DNA of 64,000 bases, taken from NCBI RefSeq assembly GCF_963921235.1, contig NC_086108.1, positions 15,252,001 to 15,316,000 of the forward strand. The letters are read 5' to 3'. Below are positions 12,237 through 25,474 of the stretch, in pieces (positions within the stretch are counted from its first letter, which is position 1; each line of letters begins with the position of its first letter). The translations under genes and the position numbers were made by a program. The DNA comes from Mobula hypostoma (taxonomy: Eukaryota). A model generated the notes under the pieces. That model did no database searches and had not been told where the DNA came from. It saw nothing but the letters and a program-made list of their open reading frames with translations.

Positions 12237-13744
12237 GAGGGAGAGGTGGTTATCTTGGCACCACTGTGTCAGGGTGTTAACCTCTCCTCTGTAGGCTGTC
12301 TCATTACTGCTAGAAATAAGGCTGATCAATGTTGTGTCATCTGTGAAGTTGATCAGCAAAATGGATGTGGTGGCACAGTCATGGATGTAAAGGGAGTAGA
12401 AGAGAGGACTCGACACAACCCTGGGGGGCATCTGTGTTGAGGGTTGGAGGGGCAGAGGTAACATCCTTACCACCTGTCGGCGATCCGAAAGGACATCTAG
12501 GATCCAGCTGCACAAGGTGGGGTGCAGGACGAGGTCAAGTCTGTAGGGAATTATGGTGTTGAACTGTAGTCCACGAACAGCGTTCTAGCGCTTGCATTCC
12601 TTTTCTCCAGGTGAGTGAAGACGGTGTGTAGTGCTGTGGCTGTGGTGTCATCGGTAAACTGGTTCTGTTGGTAGGCGAATTGTAGGGGTCCAGTGTAGGT
12701 GGTAGCATGCTGCAGATGTAGTCTTTAACCAGTCTCTCAAAGCATTTGCTTATAATTGAGGTAAGTGCAACAGGGCACAAATTATTTAGGCATGGTTTCG
12801 TTAGGTACAGAGACAATGATGGGCCACTTGAAGCAGGATGGTATTACACACTGGGAGAAGGAGAGATTAAAAATATCCGTAAACACACCAGCCATCTGTT
12901 CTGCACACACTTTGAGGACCTGCTCTCAAAAATTACATATTTACAAAGGTGGTGCACCTCACTAACCGAACTCTTGAATATTCAAATACTTTTGGTGGTC
13001 TGATAGCTTCTGAGCACAAACTCCAGACACCCAAAATGTACTTTTATTGCAATGTTGAGAGATAGCTCTTTGATCATACAACTAGCCGGAATATTGTGAC
13101 AAAAGCGACCTGTCCTAAACTTTGCAGTAAGTGGGAGAGATATGCTTTCAACAATATGCTAATAAAGGAGATGTCCTATCAAAGCCTTCCCTTGTCTCAA
13201 ACTGGATTTTTCAATCGCCACCAATTAACATGAGCATTCATCTTTTGCCTTCCCCTTTGCAGTTTCAATGGTATATAATCAGAACGTCCCACACCCAGTG
13301 ATAGGTTTCAATAATATTAAAGTGTCAGTTGAAGTAAGTTAAATTGTAAACAGGCTTTATTCCCTGAAGACTGGTTCTTATTTTAATTATTATCGGCTAT
13401 CCAGGATTTCATAATTCCTGAATTATCCCTAACAGGTGAAACTGGCAAATGTGCGGAGGTAGAGACAGTCAGTTGTAGTGATAGCATGGCTATGTAGTCT
13501 GATGCATTGGCTGCAACATGATGCTGAGATTGCAAGCAATCTAGTTCAGTTTTAGACATTTGCCAGATAGAAGAAGTGGAATCAGTAGTTTGGGAGCAGA
13601 CTCACATATGGAAAGTGAAAAGAATGACTTTTCCATGCTAGTTCCTTTTAGAATGTTTTCTCGCTATGGTATGTATGTGTTTAGTCTCTATTTCCTGTCC
13701 ATTTGCTGACTAAACTGTCCATCATTGCTATGCTTGTTGAACAG

Positions 13745-13847
13745 ATTTAGCCCATCAGGCAGCGTAGTTTGCACCGTGTCAGAGCGTCACAGAGCGAGGA
13801 GTGAGTCTCCGGGCAAAATTGAAGAGCAGAAGCAGTCCAATGCACAG
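13745..13847 (+). CDS. ZBTB37: ZBTB37 coding exon 2 (103 bp; not in the ORF track)
   Basis: acag|A TTT AGC CCA TCA GGC... encodes (R)FSPSGSVVCTVSERHRARSESPGKIEEQKQSNAQ, then |gtaatt. Matches ZBTB37 FSPSGSVVPLTERHRARSESPGR; phases 2 and 0 join both neighbouring exons in frame. Confidence 0.95.
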
Positions 13848-13998
13848 GTAATTATCAGAACCCTTAGGGTCATTATATTATTTGTATTGTAATTAACCAG
13901 TTCCAACTTTCATTTCAGGCAGAACTTTTATTTCTAAATCCAGAGATTTTGTTTTCCAAATGTAGGATGATCCTTGAGATTGGAATTTTTGAGGCTAC

Positions 13999-14620
13999 AT
14001 GGTTGAGTGGTGTCGCAGCAGCAACCTTGCACTCAATATCAGTAAGACCCTGGAATTGATTTTGGACTTCAGGAAGGGGAAGTCAAGGGAACACACACTA
14101 GTCCTCATTGAGGGATCAGTAGTGGAAAGGGTGTGTAGTTTCAAGTTTCTGGGTGTCAACATCTCTGAAGATCTATCCTGGGCCCAACATATGGATGCAA
14201 TTACAAAGAAGTCACCAAAGAGATTGGCAAATTTCTACAGATGTACCATGGAGAACATTCTAACTAGCTACGTCACTGGAGGGGCCACTGCAATGGAGCG
14301 GTAAAAGCTGCAGAAGATTGCAAACTCAGCTAGCTTCATCATGGGCTCTTGCCTTCTCAGCTTCAAGGACACCTTCAATAGGGTGATGCCTCAGAAAGGT
14401 GGCATCTGTCATTAAGGACCCCCATCACCAGGAGATGCCCTCCTCTCATCGCTATCATAAAGGAGGAGGTACAGGAGCCTGAAGACACATACTCACTGTT
14501 TCAGGAACAGCATCTTCCCCTCCAAATCAGATTTATAAATGGATATTAAACCCATTACACTACCTCACTATTTTTCCTATCTTTTTGTATTATATATACA
14601 TTAAACCTGATTCTGATTCT
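13999..14620 (+). mobile_element. Rex1/Babar LINE 3' fragment
   Basis: WCRSSNLALNISKTLELILDFRK...FKFLGVNISEDLSW, with an (ATTCTG)n tail. Confidence 0.85.
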
Positions 14621-15419
14621 GATATTTGTGGTATCTGCAGAGGCGTTGCCTTTTGCCTTTGTTGGTATAAGTATCTCAAGATTTTATACAGCAGGTATAT
14701 GCATGTTTTGGGAAACCAGAAATTGTTGAATTTTAGAACTAAAGAACTTTGAGAACCATAGGTCCACTATCATTCATTCCTCCCAAGCACTTCCAAATGT
14801 CATATACTTATCTCAAATTTTCTGAAGAAAATTTGTTTAATTTGAATTAATTAATTTCTCACAAACCTTTCTGAAGAACTTGTTCCTTTTTTTTGGAGAC
14901 TTAAAAGATTTCAGATACTGGAATCTGGAGTGAAAAGATAAGCAGTTGGGTGGAGGAATATCAATGGGTCAGGGAGCATCTGCAGAGAGAAACGGACAGT
15001 CAATGTTTTGAGTCCTTCATTAGGACTGAAAGAGTTCATGCACCACCTTCCTTTCATGTCAGGTTCCATTATTCGCAGCCCCTTGTCACCTCTACCCATT
15101 ACCACAGCTTCTATCGCTGTTTCCACTTCCCCTTCCTCTATCTATAGGTTCCTCCGTAGGTTCCTTTACCATTTCACCCCCTCATCTAGATCCACATGTC
15201 ACCTGCCAGCTCCTGCCTTGTCCCTTCCCCTCACCTCTGTGTACTGGCTATCTTCCCTCCTTTAGTCCATTTGACTGTCTCTTTCTCTCCACTGATGATG
15301 CTTGACACACTGAGTTCCTGAAGCTCTCTGTTTTCTGCACCATTGAAATGATAGACTGGCGTCTAACACACACAAGCATGTTGCAAACGGGATTGGAGAA
15401 GAGGAACCTCATAATATTC

Positions 15420-16950
15420 AGTACGTGACGAACAACATTCCCTGTGGCACATGACTAGTCACAGGCCTCCAGTTAGAGAAACAGCTGTCTACTGCTACTA
15501 CTACTCTCTGGCTTGTGCTAATCCAATGTTGAATCGAAGTTACTACTTCGTCCTGAATGCCAAGCAACTGAACCTTCTGGACCAGCTACCCTTGAGGGAC
15601 TTTATCAAAGATCTTGCTAAAGTTCATGTAGACAATGTTTGCTGTCTCAACTTTTCTTGGTAATCTCTTTTAAAAACTCTAAAAAATGGATTAGAAATGA
15701 TCTACCATAAACGAGCCATGTTGACTATCCCTTATCAGGCCCTGTCTATCCAAATATTTATATATCTGGTCCCTTAGAATACCTTACAATAATTTACCCA
15801 CTAATGATGTCAAGCTCACCGGTCTATAGTTTCCCAGCTTATTCTTAGAGCCTAACTTGAACAAGGGGGCGACATCAACTATCCTGCCCTCTAGCACCTC
15901 ACCCAACTTGTCCATATTTTTCTGTTCTGGGACCCCTGCTCTTTGTGATTTTCATAATTGCCTTGGATGAGGAAGTGGAAGGGGACATGCAGATGACATG
16001 AAGGTTGTTGGAGTTGTAGATAGTGTGGAGAGTCCTAGGTTGCAACAGGACAGTGACAAGATTCAGAGCTGGGCTGAGCAGTGGCCGATGGAGTTCAACC
16101 CAGAAAAAATCTTTTGCATCATCAATCGGGGCAGGAGAAGTACCAAGGGATTGGAAGGTTGCAAATGTTGTTTCCTTGTTCAAGAAAGAGAGTAGAGATA
16201 ACTCAGGGGATTATAGACCAGTGAGTCTTACTTCAGTGGTGGGCAAGTTGTTGGAGAAGATCCTGAGAGGCAGGATTTATGAGCATTTGGAGAGACGTAA
16301 TCTGATTAGAGATAGTCAGCATGGCTTTGTCAAGGGCAGGTCATGCCTTACGAACCTGATTGAATTCTTTGAGGATGTAATGCAACACTTTGATGAAGGT
16401 AGAGTAGTGGATGTAGTGTATATGGATTTCAGTAAGGCATTTGATAGGTTCCCCACGTGCTGCTCATTCAGAAAGTAATGAGGCATGGGATCCTTGCTTT
16501 GTGAATGCAGAATTGGCTTGCCCTCAGAAGGCAAAGGGTGGCTGTGAATGGTTCTTATTTTGCATGGAGGATGGTGACCAGTGGTGTTCTGCAGATATCT
16601 GTTCTGGGACCCCTCCTCTTTGTGAATTTTTTATCAATGATCTGGATGAGGAAGTGGAAGAGTGGGTTCGCAAGTTTGCTGATGTCAGAAAAGTTGGGGA
16701 TATTGTGGATAGTTTGGAGGGTTGTCAGAGGATACAGTGCAGCATTGATAGGATGCAGAACTGGGCTGAGAAGTGACAGATGGAGTTCAATCCAAGTAAG
16801 TGTTAAGTGGTTCATTTTGGTAGGTCAAATTTGAAGGCAGAATATAGTATTAATGGTAAGACTCTTGACAGTGTGGTGGATTAGTGAGATTCTTGAGGTC
16901 TGTGTCCATAGGACACTCAAAGCTGCTGTGCAGGTTGACAGTGTTGATTA
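15420..16950. mobile_element. Cluster of CR1 fragments on both strands
   Basis: WKVANVVSLFKK...YRPVSLTSVVGKLLEKI...QHGFVKGRSCLTNLIEFF on +; CR1 RT fragment on - at ~15420-15900. Confidence 0.85.
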
Positions 16951-17984
16951 ATCTGTCCAGTCCCTAACTTGCACCTGGACCAAGACAGCAGGAACCTCCT
17001 GTGTAATCTGTATGTGGTCCATGGCTTCACTGCTGCTTTGCTTCAGTTCTATAGGTTCTGTCCATCTTCTGAGTAAATACAGATGCAAAAAGTTGATTTA
17101 AGGTTGGTCTCATCTCTTTTGGCTCCATGCTACATATTTCCAATCTCATTGCTATAGTCGGAAGTTCCCACCTGCTTCAAAAGTGCACCAATTATACTAG
17201 TGCACAAGAAGAGCAGGATGAGCTGCCTTAATGACTCACAGTAGCACTCACAGCTACAGTGATGAAGTGCTTTGAGAGGTTGGTTATGGTTAGAATTAAC
17301 TCCTATCTCAGCAAGGACCTGGACCCTTGTAATTTGCCTACGTCCACAATAGGTCCATAGTGGATGAAATCTCTTTGGCTCTTCACGTGGCCTTTGGTCA
17401 CCTGGACAATACAAATACCTGTCTCAAGATGCTGTTTATTACAGCTCAGTGTTCCTAAAGTTCTGATCAAAATGCTCCAGAACCTGGGCCTCTGTACCTC
17501 CCTCTGCAACTGGATCCATGACATCCTAACCAAAAGACCACAACCTGTGCGGATTGGAAATATATGTCGATCTTGCTGACAATCAACACTGGCGCACCTC
17601 AGAGATGTGTACTTAGCCCACTGCTCTACTCTCTCTATACCTACGACTATGTGCCTAGACAGAGCTCAAATGCCATCTATAAATTTGCTGTTGATACAAC
17701 TATCTGTGGCAGAATTTCAGAGGGTGACGAGAGAGCATATATGAACTGATTGAATAGTGTCGCAGCAACAACCTTGCACTTAACATCAGTAAGACCAAAG
17801 AACTGATGTTGGACTTCAAGAAGGATAAGATGAGGGAACACACACCAGTCCTCATAGACAGATCAGAATTGGAAAGATGACAAATTTCAAGTTCCTGGTT
17901 GTCAATGTGTCTGAGGATCTGTCCTGAGCCCAACATATCAATGCAGCTACAAAGGAGGCACGACATTCGCTATATTGGCTATAT

Positions 17985-20183
17985 ATAAACATACAAATTA
18001 GCCAGAAAAAGCGGCTCACCTGAGGACTGGGAGAAATTCAGAGTCCAGCAGAGGAGGACAAAGGGCTTAATTAGGAAAGGGAGAAAAGATTATGAGAGAA
18101 AACTGGCAGGGAACATAAAAACTGACTGTAAAAGCTTTTATAGATATGTGAAAAGAAAAAGATTGGTTAAGACAAATGTAGGTCCCTTACAGTCAGAAAC
18201 GGGTGAATTGATCATGGGGAACAAGGACATGGCAGATCAATTGAATAACTACTTTGGTTCTGTCTTCACTAAGGAGGACATAAATAATCTTCCGGAAATA
18301 GGAGGGGACCGAGGGTCTAGTGAGATGGAGGAACTGAGGGAAATACATGTTAGTAGGGAAGTGGTGTTAGGTAAATTGAAGGGAATAAAGGCAGATAAAT
18401 CCCCAGGGCGAGATGGTCTGCATCCCAGAGTGCTTAAGGAAGTAGCCCAAGAAATAGTGGATGCATTAGTGATAATTTTTCAAAACTCTTTAGATTCTGG
18501 ACTAGTTTCTGAAGATTGGAAGGTGGCTAATGTAACCATGCTTTTTAAAAAAGGAGGGAGAGAGAAACCGGGGAGTTATAGACCGGTTAGCCTGATATCG
18601 GTGGTGGGGAAAATGCTAGAGTCAGTTATCAAAGATGTGATAACAGCACATTTGGAAAGCGGTGAAATCATCGGACAAAGTCAGCATGGATTTGTGAAAG
18701 GAAAATCATGTCTGACGAGCCTCACAGAATTTTTTGAGGATGTAACTAGTAGAGTGGATTGAGGAGAACCAGTGGATGTGGTATATTTGGATTTTCAAAA
18801 GGCTTTTGACAAGGTCCCACATAGGAGATTAGGGTGCAAACTTAAAGCACACGGTATTGGAGGTATGGTATTGATGTGGATAGAGAATTGGTTGGCAGAC
18901 AGGAAGCAAAGAGTGGGAATAAATGGGACCTTTTCAGAATGGCAGGCAGTGACTAGTGGGGTACTGCAAGGCTCAGTGCTGGGACCCCAGTTGTTTACAA
19001 TATATATTAATGACTTAGATGAGGGAATTAAATGCAGCATCTCCAAGTTTGTGGATGACACGAAGCTGGGCAGCAGTGTTAGCTGTGAGGAGGATGCTAA
19101 GAGGATGCAGGGTGACTTGGATAGGTTAGGTGAGTGGGCAAATTCACGGCAGATGCAATTTAATGTGGATAAATGTGAGGTTATCCACTTTGGTGGAAAG
19201 AACAGGAAATCAGATTATTATCTGAATGGTGGCCGATTAGGAAAAGGGGAAGTGCAATGAGACCTGGGTGTCATTATACACCAGTCATTGAAAGTGGGCA
19301 TGCAGGTACAGCAGGCAGTGAAAAAGGCGAATGGTATGCTGGTATTCATAGCAAGAGGATTCGAGTACAGGAGCATGGAGGTACTACTGCAGTTGTACAA
19401 GGCCTTGGTGAGACCACACCTGGAGTATTGTGTGCAGTTTTGGTCCCCTAATCTGAGGAAAGACATTCTTGCCATAGAGGGGGTACAAAGAAGGTTCAGC
19501 AGATTGATGCAACACACATCAAAGTTGCTGGTGAACGCAGCAGGCCATGCAGCATCTCTAGGAAGAGGTACAGTTGCGAAACGTCAACTGAACCTCTTCC
19601 TAGAGATGCTGCCTGGCCTGCTGCGTTCACCAGCAACTTTGATGTGTGTTGCTTGAATTTCCAGCATGTGTAGAATTCCTCGTGTTTGCATTTCTAAATT
19701 CACCAGATTGATTCCTGGGATGGCAGGACTTTCATATGATGAAAGACTGGATCGACTAGGCTTATACTCGCTGGAATTTAGAAGATTGAGGGGGGATCTT
19801 ATTGAAACGTATAAAATCTTAAAGGGATTGGACAGGCTAGATGCAGGAAGATTGTTCCTGATGTTGGGGAAGTCCAGAACGAGAGGTCACAGTTTAAGGA
19901 TAAAGGGGAAGCCTTTTAGGACCGAGATGAAGAAAAACTTCTTCACACAGAGTGGTGAACCTGTGGAATTCTCTGCCACAGGAAACAGTTGAGGCCAGTT
20001 CATTGGCTATATTTAAGAGGGAGTTAGATATGGCCCTTGTGGCTAAAGGGATCAGCGGGTATGGAGAGAAAGCAGATACAGGGTTCTGAGTTGGATGATC
20101 AGCCGTGATCATACTGAATGGCGATGCAGGCTCGAAGGGCCGAATAGCCTACTCCTGCACCTATTTTCTATGTTTCTATGTTT
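17985..20183 (+). mobile_element. Relatively young 5'-truncated CR1 LINE
   Basis: Nearly continuous RT reading frame (18148-19992) with few stops and a (TTTCTATG)n tail; interrupted at 19509-19698. Confidence 0.92.
19509..19698. mobile_element. Penelope-derived hairpin insertion with 14-bp TSD
   Basis: Inverted arms at ~19509-19576 and ~19586-19652; TSD ttcagcagattgat (19495-19508) / ttcaccagattgat (19699-19712). Confidence 0.8.
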
Positions 20184-21299
20184 CTATATTTCATTATGAG
20201 TTTGAGGAGATTTAGTATGTCACCAACGACATCCGGCAGTTTCTACAGTTGTACCCTGGAGAAAATTCTAAATGGCTGCCTCACCGCCTGGTATGGGGGA
20301 GGGGGCTATTGCAAAGGATCAAAATAAGTTATCAACATAGCTCCATCATGGGCTCTATCCTCCATAGTATTCAGGACATCTTCAAGGAGTGATGCCTCAA
20401 AAAGGCGGCATCCATCATTAAGGTTCCTCATCCCCCAGGTCATGCCTTTTTCTCATTGCTATCATCAAGAAGGAGGTGCAGAAGCCTGTAAGCACACACT
20501 CAACAATTCAAGAACAGCTTCCCTCTGCAATCGGATTTCTGAATGGGCATTGAACTCATGAACAGTACCTCACTACTTTTTTTAATATCTATTTTTGCAC
20601 TACTTATTTAATATGACTATTGTTTATCGTAATTTATTTTTTTCTATTATTATGTATTACATTGTACTGCTGCCGCATTGGCAACAAGTTTTGACATACG
20701 CCAGTGAAATTAAACCTGATTCTGATGGATGACCACGCTGATCTTCGAGAGGACCAATTTTGTTCTTTTGCTCTTAATACAGTATATCTGTAGAAGCCCT
20801 TAGGATTCTCTTTCACCTTGTCTGCTAGAGCAACCTGATGCCTTCTTTCAGCCCTCCTTATTTCCCTCTTAAGTATTCTCTTGCATTTCTTATACTTCTC
20901 AACTACCTTATTTGTGCCTTGGCCTACACTTGCTGTGCACCTCCTTCTTCTTAACCAGGTCCTCAATATCTCTTGAAAACCAAGGTTCCCTAAACCTGTT
21001 ATCATTCCACTTAAATATACTTCTTTAATATTGCTATTGTTTCTTCAAGTTATTTGCGAGTATGTTTTTTGAAATCTGTGTAAACAAAAAACTTGCCTTT
21101 TAATTCCACCCATGCCTCCACGACATCTGGTTTCACTTAAACACTAAGGCCTTTGCTATTTGACCTTACCATCCTGGGAAAGCAGACATGACTATCCACA
21201 CTCTATGCCTCTCACAATTTTTTTTTGTCATTTTATATACTTGATCCTGATAAAGACTGGAAATTAACGGCCAGTTAACATGACTTCAGTTGTTCAGTA

Positions 21300-24200
21300 G
21301 ATGTTGGAGTCCATATTCAAGGATAACGATTCAGGTTGCATGATAATATAGACCATAGTCAGCATAGTTTCCTTGAGAGGAAATCTTGCCTGATAAACCA
21401 GTTGGAATTCTTTGAGAAAATAACAGGCAGGATGGACAAAGGAGAGTTAGTGGATGTTGTTCATTTGGATTTTCTGAAGGCTTTTAACAAGATGCAAACA
21501 TGAGGCTGCTAAAAACGATACAAACCCTTGGAATTACAGTGAAGATAACAGCATGGATAGAAGGTTGGCTGACGGGCAGAAGCAAAGAGTGGGGGAAAAA
21601 AGGACCTTTTCTGATTGGCTGTTAGTATTCCACAGGGATTGGTGTTAGTACCACTTCTTTTCAAATTGCATGTCAATAACTTGGATGACAGAAATGATGG
21701 CTTTATGGCCAAGTTTGCGGATGATATAAAGATAGGTGTTGAGGAAGCAGGGACTCTGCAGAAGGACAAAGAAAGATTAAGAGAATGGGAAAGAAGTACA
21801 AGATGGAATACAGTGTAGAGAAACATACGGTCATGCACTTTGGTAGAAGAAGTAAAGGCATAGACTATAAGACATAAGAGCAGAATTAGGCCATTCAGCC
21901 CATCGAGTCTGCTCTGCCATTCTATCATGGCTGATTCCAGATCCCACTCAACCCCATACACCTGGCTTCTTTGAATCCTTTGAATATCCTTTGAATCCCT
22001 GACCAATCAGGTAATGATCAACTTCCACCATAAATATACCCATGGACTTAGCCTCCACTGCAGTCTGTAGCAGAGCATTCCACAGATTCACTACTCTTAA
22101 AAAATACTTTCTCCTTGCCTCTGTTCTAAAAGGTCGGCCCTCAATTTAGAGGCTGTGCTTTCTAGTTCTGGATTCCCCTACCATAGGAAACATCCTCTCC
22201 ATATCCACCCTATCTAGTCCTTTCAACATTTGATAGGTTTCAATGAGGACCCCACACGTTCTTCCAAATTCCAGTGAGTACAGGCCCAAAGCTGCTAAAT
22301 GCTCCTCATATGTTAAACGCTTCATTCCTGGAATCATCCTCATGAACTTCCTCTGGACTCCCTCCAATGAAAACACATCCTTTCTGAGATAAGGGGCCCA
22401 GAACTGTTGACAATTCTTCAAGTGTGGTCTGACTAGGGTCTTATCAAGGCTCAGTTTTATCTCCTTGCTTTTATATTCTATTCCCCTTGAAATAAATTCC
22501 AACATTGCATTTGCCATCTTTACCACAGACTCAATCTGTAAGTTAATCTTCTGGGAGTTTTGCACGAGAATTACTAAGTCCCTCTGAACCTCTGATGTTT
22601 GAACCTTCTCCCTATTTAGATAATAGTCAAAGGTTCAAAGGTACATTTAATGTCAGAGAGAACTGTATACAATATACATCCTGAAATGCTTTTTCTTCGT
22701 AACCATCCACGAAAACAGAAGAGTGCCCCCAAAGAATGAATGACAGTTAAATGTTAGTACCCCGAAGTCCCCTCCCCCAGCTCCTCTCCTGCCCACACAT
22801 AAGCAGGCAGCAAGCAATGATCCAACCTGCCCCCACCGGCAAAAATAAGCATCACACTCAAATGTGAGCAAAGCAACTGCAAAGGCACAGACCTGCAGTA
22901 CTCCAAAGAATACTCATTCACCCAGTATGGACATACCACAGGCTCTCTCTCTTCCTAATAAGAGAGAAGGAGGTGTCTTTGTTTCACAGTGAGGGGGGAG
23001 ACATAACAAACAACTCGCTGGCTTACGATGTTAAAAGCCTGTTGCGTCGCTTTTTCTGAGCTGTGTGCCCAAAGAGCGAAGATCTGAGGCCTCGCTGTCG
23101 TCGTGCTGAACAACGGCCAGTTGTGAAAGCCAGAGGGTGGGTCCCATTCCCACAAAGACCCATAGTTAGCGTGCAACTCCAGGTCAGGGTCTTCAAAAGA
23201 ACCTTGAAAGGGGAAAATAGAGGTATTAAAGATGGAAATAGAGCTGTTTCCGAAGATGTAAGCAAAGGCGTCGCCGTTAGGCGGCGTTGGTTCTCTTAAG
23301 CTCCTCCTAGTCCACACTATTGTTCCTTTTACCAAAATGCATTATCATAATTTCCCAACACTGTATTCCATCTGCCACTTTTTTGCCCATTCTTCCAATT
23401 TGTCTTAAGTCCTACTGCAATTGCATTGCTTCCTCAGCACTACTTACCCTCTCTCCACCTGTCTTTGTATCATCTGCAAACTTTGCCACAAAGCCATTGA
23501 TTCCATTATTCAAATCATTGACAAACAATGAGAAAAGTAGCGGTCCTAATACTGATCCCTGAAGAACACCACTAGTCACTGACAGCCAACCAGAAAAGGC
23601 CCCTTTTATTCCCAGTCACTGCCTCCTGCCTGTCAGCCATTCCTCTATCCATGCCTGTATCTTTCCTGTAATGCTATAGGATTTTATCTTGTTAAGCAGC
23701 CTCATGTGTGACACCTTATCAAATGCCTTCAGAAAATCCAAGTAAATGACATCCACTGCCTCTCCTTTGTCCACCCTGCTTGTTACTTTCTCAAAGAACT
23801 CTAGCAGATTTGTCAGGCAAAATTTCCCTTCACAGAAACCATGCTGACTTTGACTTATTTTATCATTAGTCTCCAAGTACTCCGAAACCTCACTCTTAGT
23901 AATAGACTCCAACACATTCCCAACCACTGATATTAGGCTAACTGGCCTATAATTTCCTTTCTTTTACCATCCTCCCTTCTTAAAGAGTGGAATGACATCT
24001 GCAATCTTCCAGTCCTCCGGGACTATTTTCATAGACTGTTTTCTAAACGGGAGGGTAATTCAGAAATCAGAGCTACCAAGAGCCTTGGGAGTCCTCATGC
24101 GGGATTCTATAAAGGTTAATTTGCAGGTTGAATCAGAGGTAAGGAAGGTAAATGCAATGTTAGCACTCATTTGAAGAGGACTAGAATATAAAAGCAAGGG

Positions 24201-25280
24201 TATAATGCTGATGCTTTATAAAGCACTAGTAAGGCTTCACTTGGAGTATTGTTAGCAGTTTTGGGTCCCCTCAAAGGTTCATTTTATTGTTAAAGTATGC
24301 ATGTATAATACAACTCATATTCGCCTTCAGATAGCCATGAAATACAGAAAAAAGAAAGAAAAGACCTCAACCCCCACCCCACATGAAAAGGTAAAAGAAA
24401 CAACATTTGCAAACCCCCCCCCCCACCTCCTCCCTCGCACAAAAGCAAACAGATCGCCCACACAGAAAATGGTGGCTGGAACATCAAACCCCAAACCCCC
24501 AGCCTCCACCCTCCAAAACAAAAATAGCAACAATAATATCAAATCTTTAACCTCCTCCCTCACAAAAAATCAGTGACAATAACATCAAACCCCACAACCC
24601 CATCCCTCGCGGAAGAGAACAGTGACAATAGCATCAATCTACTCATACATAAAAACTAACAGATTGCCCAACACAGAAAAAAAACATCCAATCCCAAACC
24701 CCCAACCCCTCTCTCTCACAAAAACTAACATATCACCCACCCAGAGCCCTAACCCACCAATGGGAAAAAAGAAACAAAACACAGAAAACTGAAGGAGAGC
24801 AAAATAAACTACAGTCCAATAATCACATAAATCTAATCTTAATCTAAGAAAGGATGCACTGACATTGGAGAGGGTCCAGAGGTGGTTCACAAGAATGATT
24901 CTGGGAATGAAAAGGTTAATGTATGAGGAGTGTTGAAAGGCTTAGATAGAGTGGATATGGAAAGGATGGGAGGGGAGTCTAGGACCAGATGGCACAGCCT
25001 CAAAATAGAAGGTTTCTGTTTTCAACAGATGTGGAGGTATTTATTTAACTAGGCGGTGGTGAATCTGTGGAATTCATTGCCACAAAAGGCTTTGGAGGCC
25101 AAGTCATTGAGTATGCTCAAAGCGGAGGTTGATAGCTTCTTGATTAGTAAGAGTGTCAAAGGTTATGACAAGAAGGCAGGAGAAAAGGGTTGAATGGGAT
25201 AATGAGTCAGCCATGATGGAATGGCAGAGCAGACTTTGTAGGCCGAATGGCCTAATTCTGCTCTTATGACTTACGGTCTT
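21300..25280. mobile_element. CR1 (+) with a nested minus-strand CR1 (~21865-24020) and further small insertions
   Basis: The plus-strand RT stops at ggcatagact (~21866) and resumes at catagact (~24030); minus-strand ORFs 22146-22565 and 23616-23927 are CR1 RT. Confidence 0.8.
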
Positions 25281-25474
25281 ATCCCTTAGCTTCTGATCTT
25301 AATGTAATGAACATAATGTAAGTTGAACAATCTTTTTCGCTAAAACACTTCAATCCAGGCAACATCCCAGTGAACCTCCTCTGCACTCTTTCCAAACCCT
25401 CGCTGTTATGCAGTGACCAGAATTACACAGAATAATCCAAATTTTGCAATTTTAGTCCCTTTGAATAAAACTAA

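Larger units (their letters stand above)
10225..12920 (-). mobile_element. Rex1/Babar-clade LINE fragment, split by the LTR element at 10905-12236
   Basis: Minus-strand PVALTSIISKCFERLV, CSWILD, FTDDTT, WCQDNHLSL and FYRGTIENILTGCITAWYG. The sequence continues seamlessly across the insertion (ggacattGAGGG|agaggtggttatc). Confidence 0.88.
17135..20723 (+). mobile_element. Rex1/Babar LINE (17135-17975, resuming ~20184-20723) hosting a nested CR1
   Basis: GAPQRCVLSPLLYSLYTYD and KFAVDTT motifs; the sequence resumes after the CR1 with ctatatttcatt (ctatatt is duplicated). Confidence 0.8.

Noticed and set aside
24395..24765. Imperfect C/A-rich repeats (aacatcaaacccc...cacaaaaa) as a CRISPR-like array
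   Set aside because: Vertebrate DNA; the units are degenerate and irregular and lie inside a repeat insertion within a CR1.
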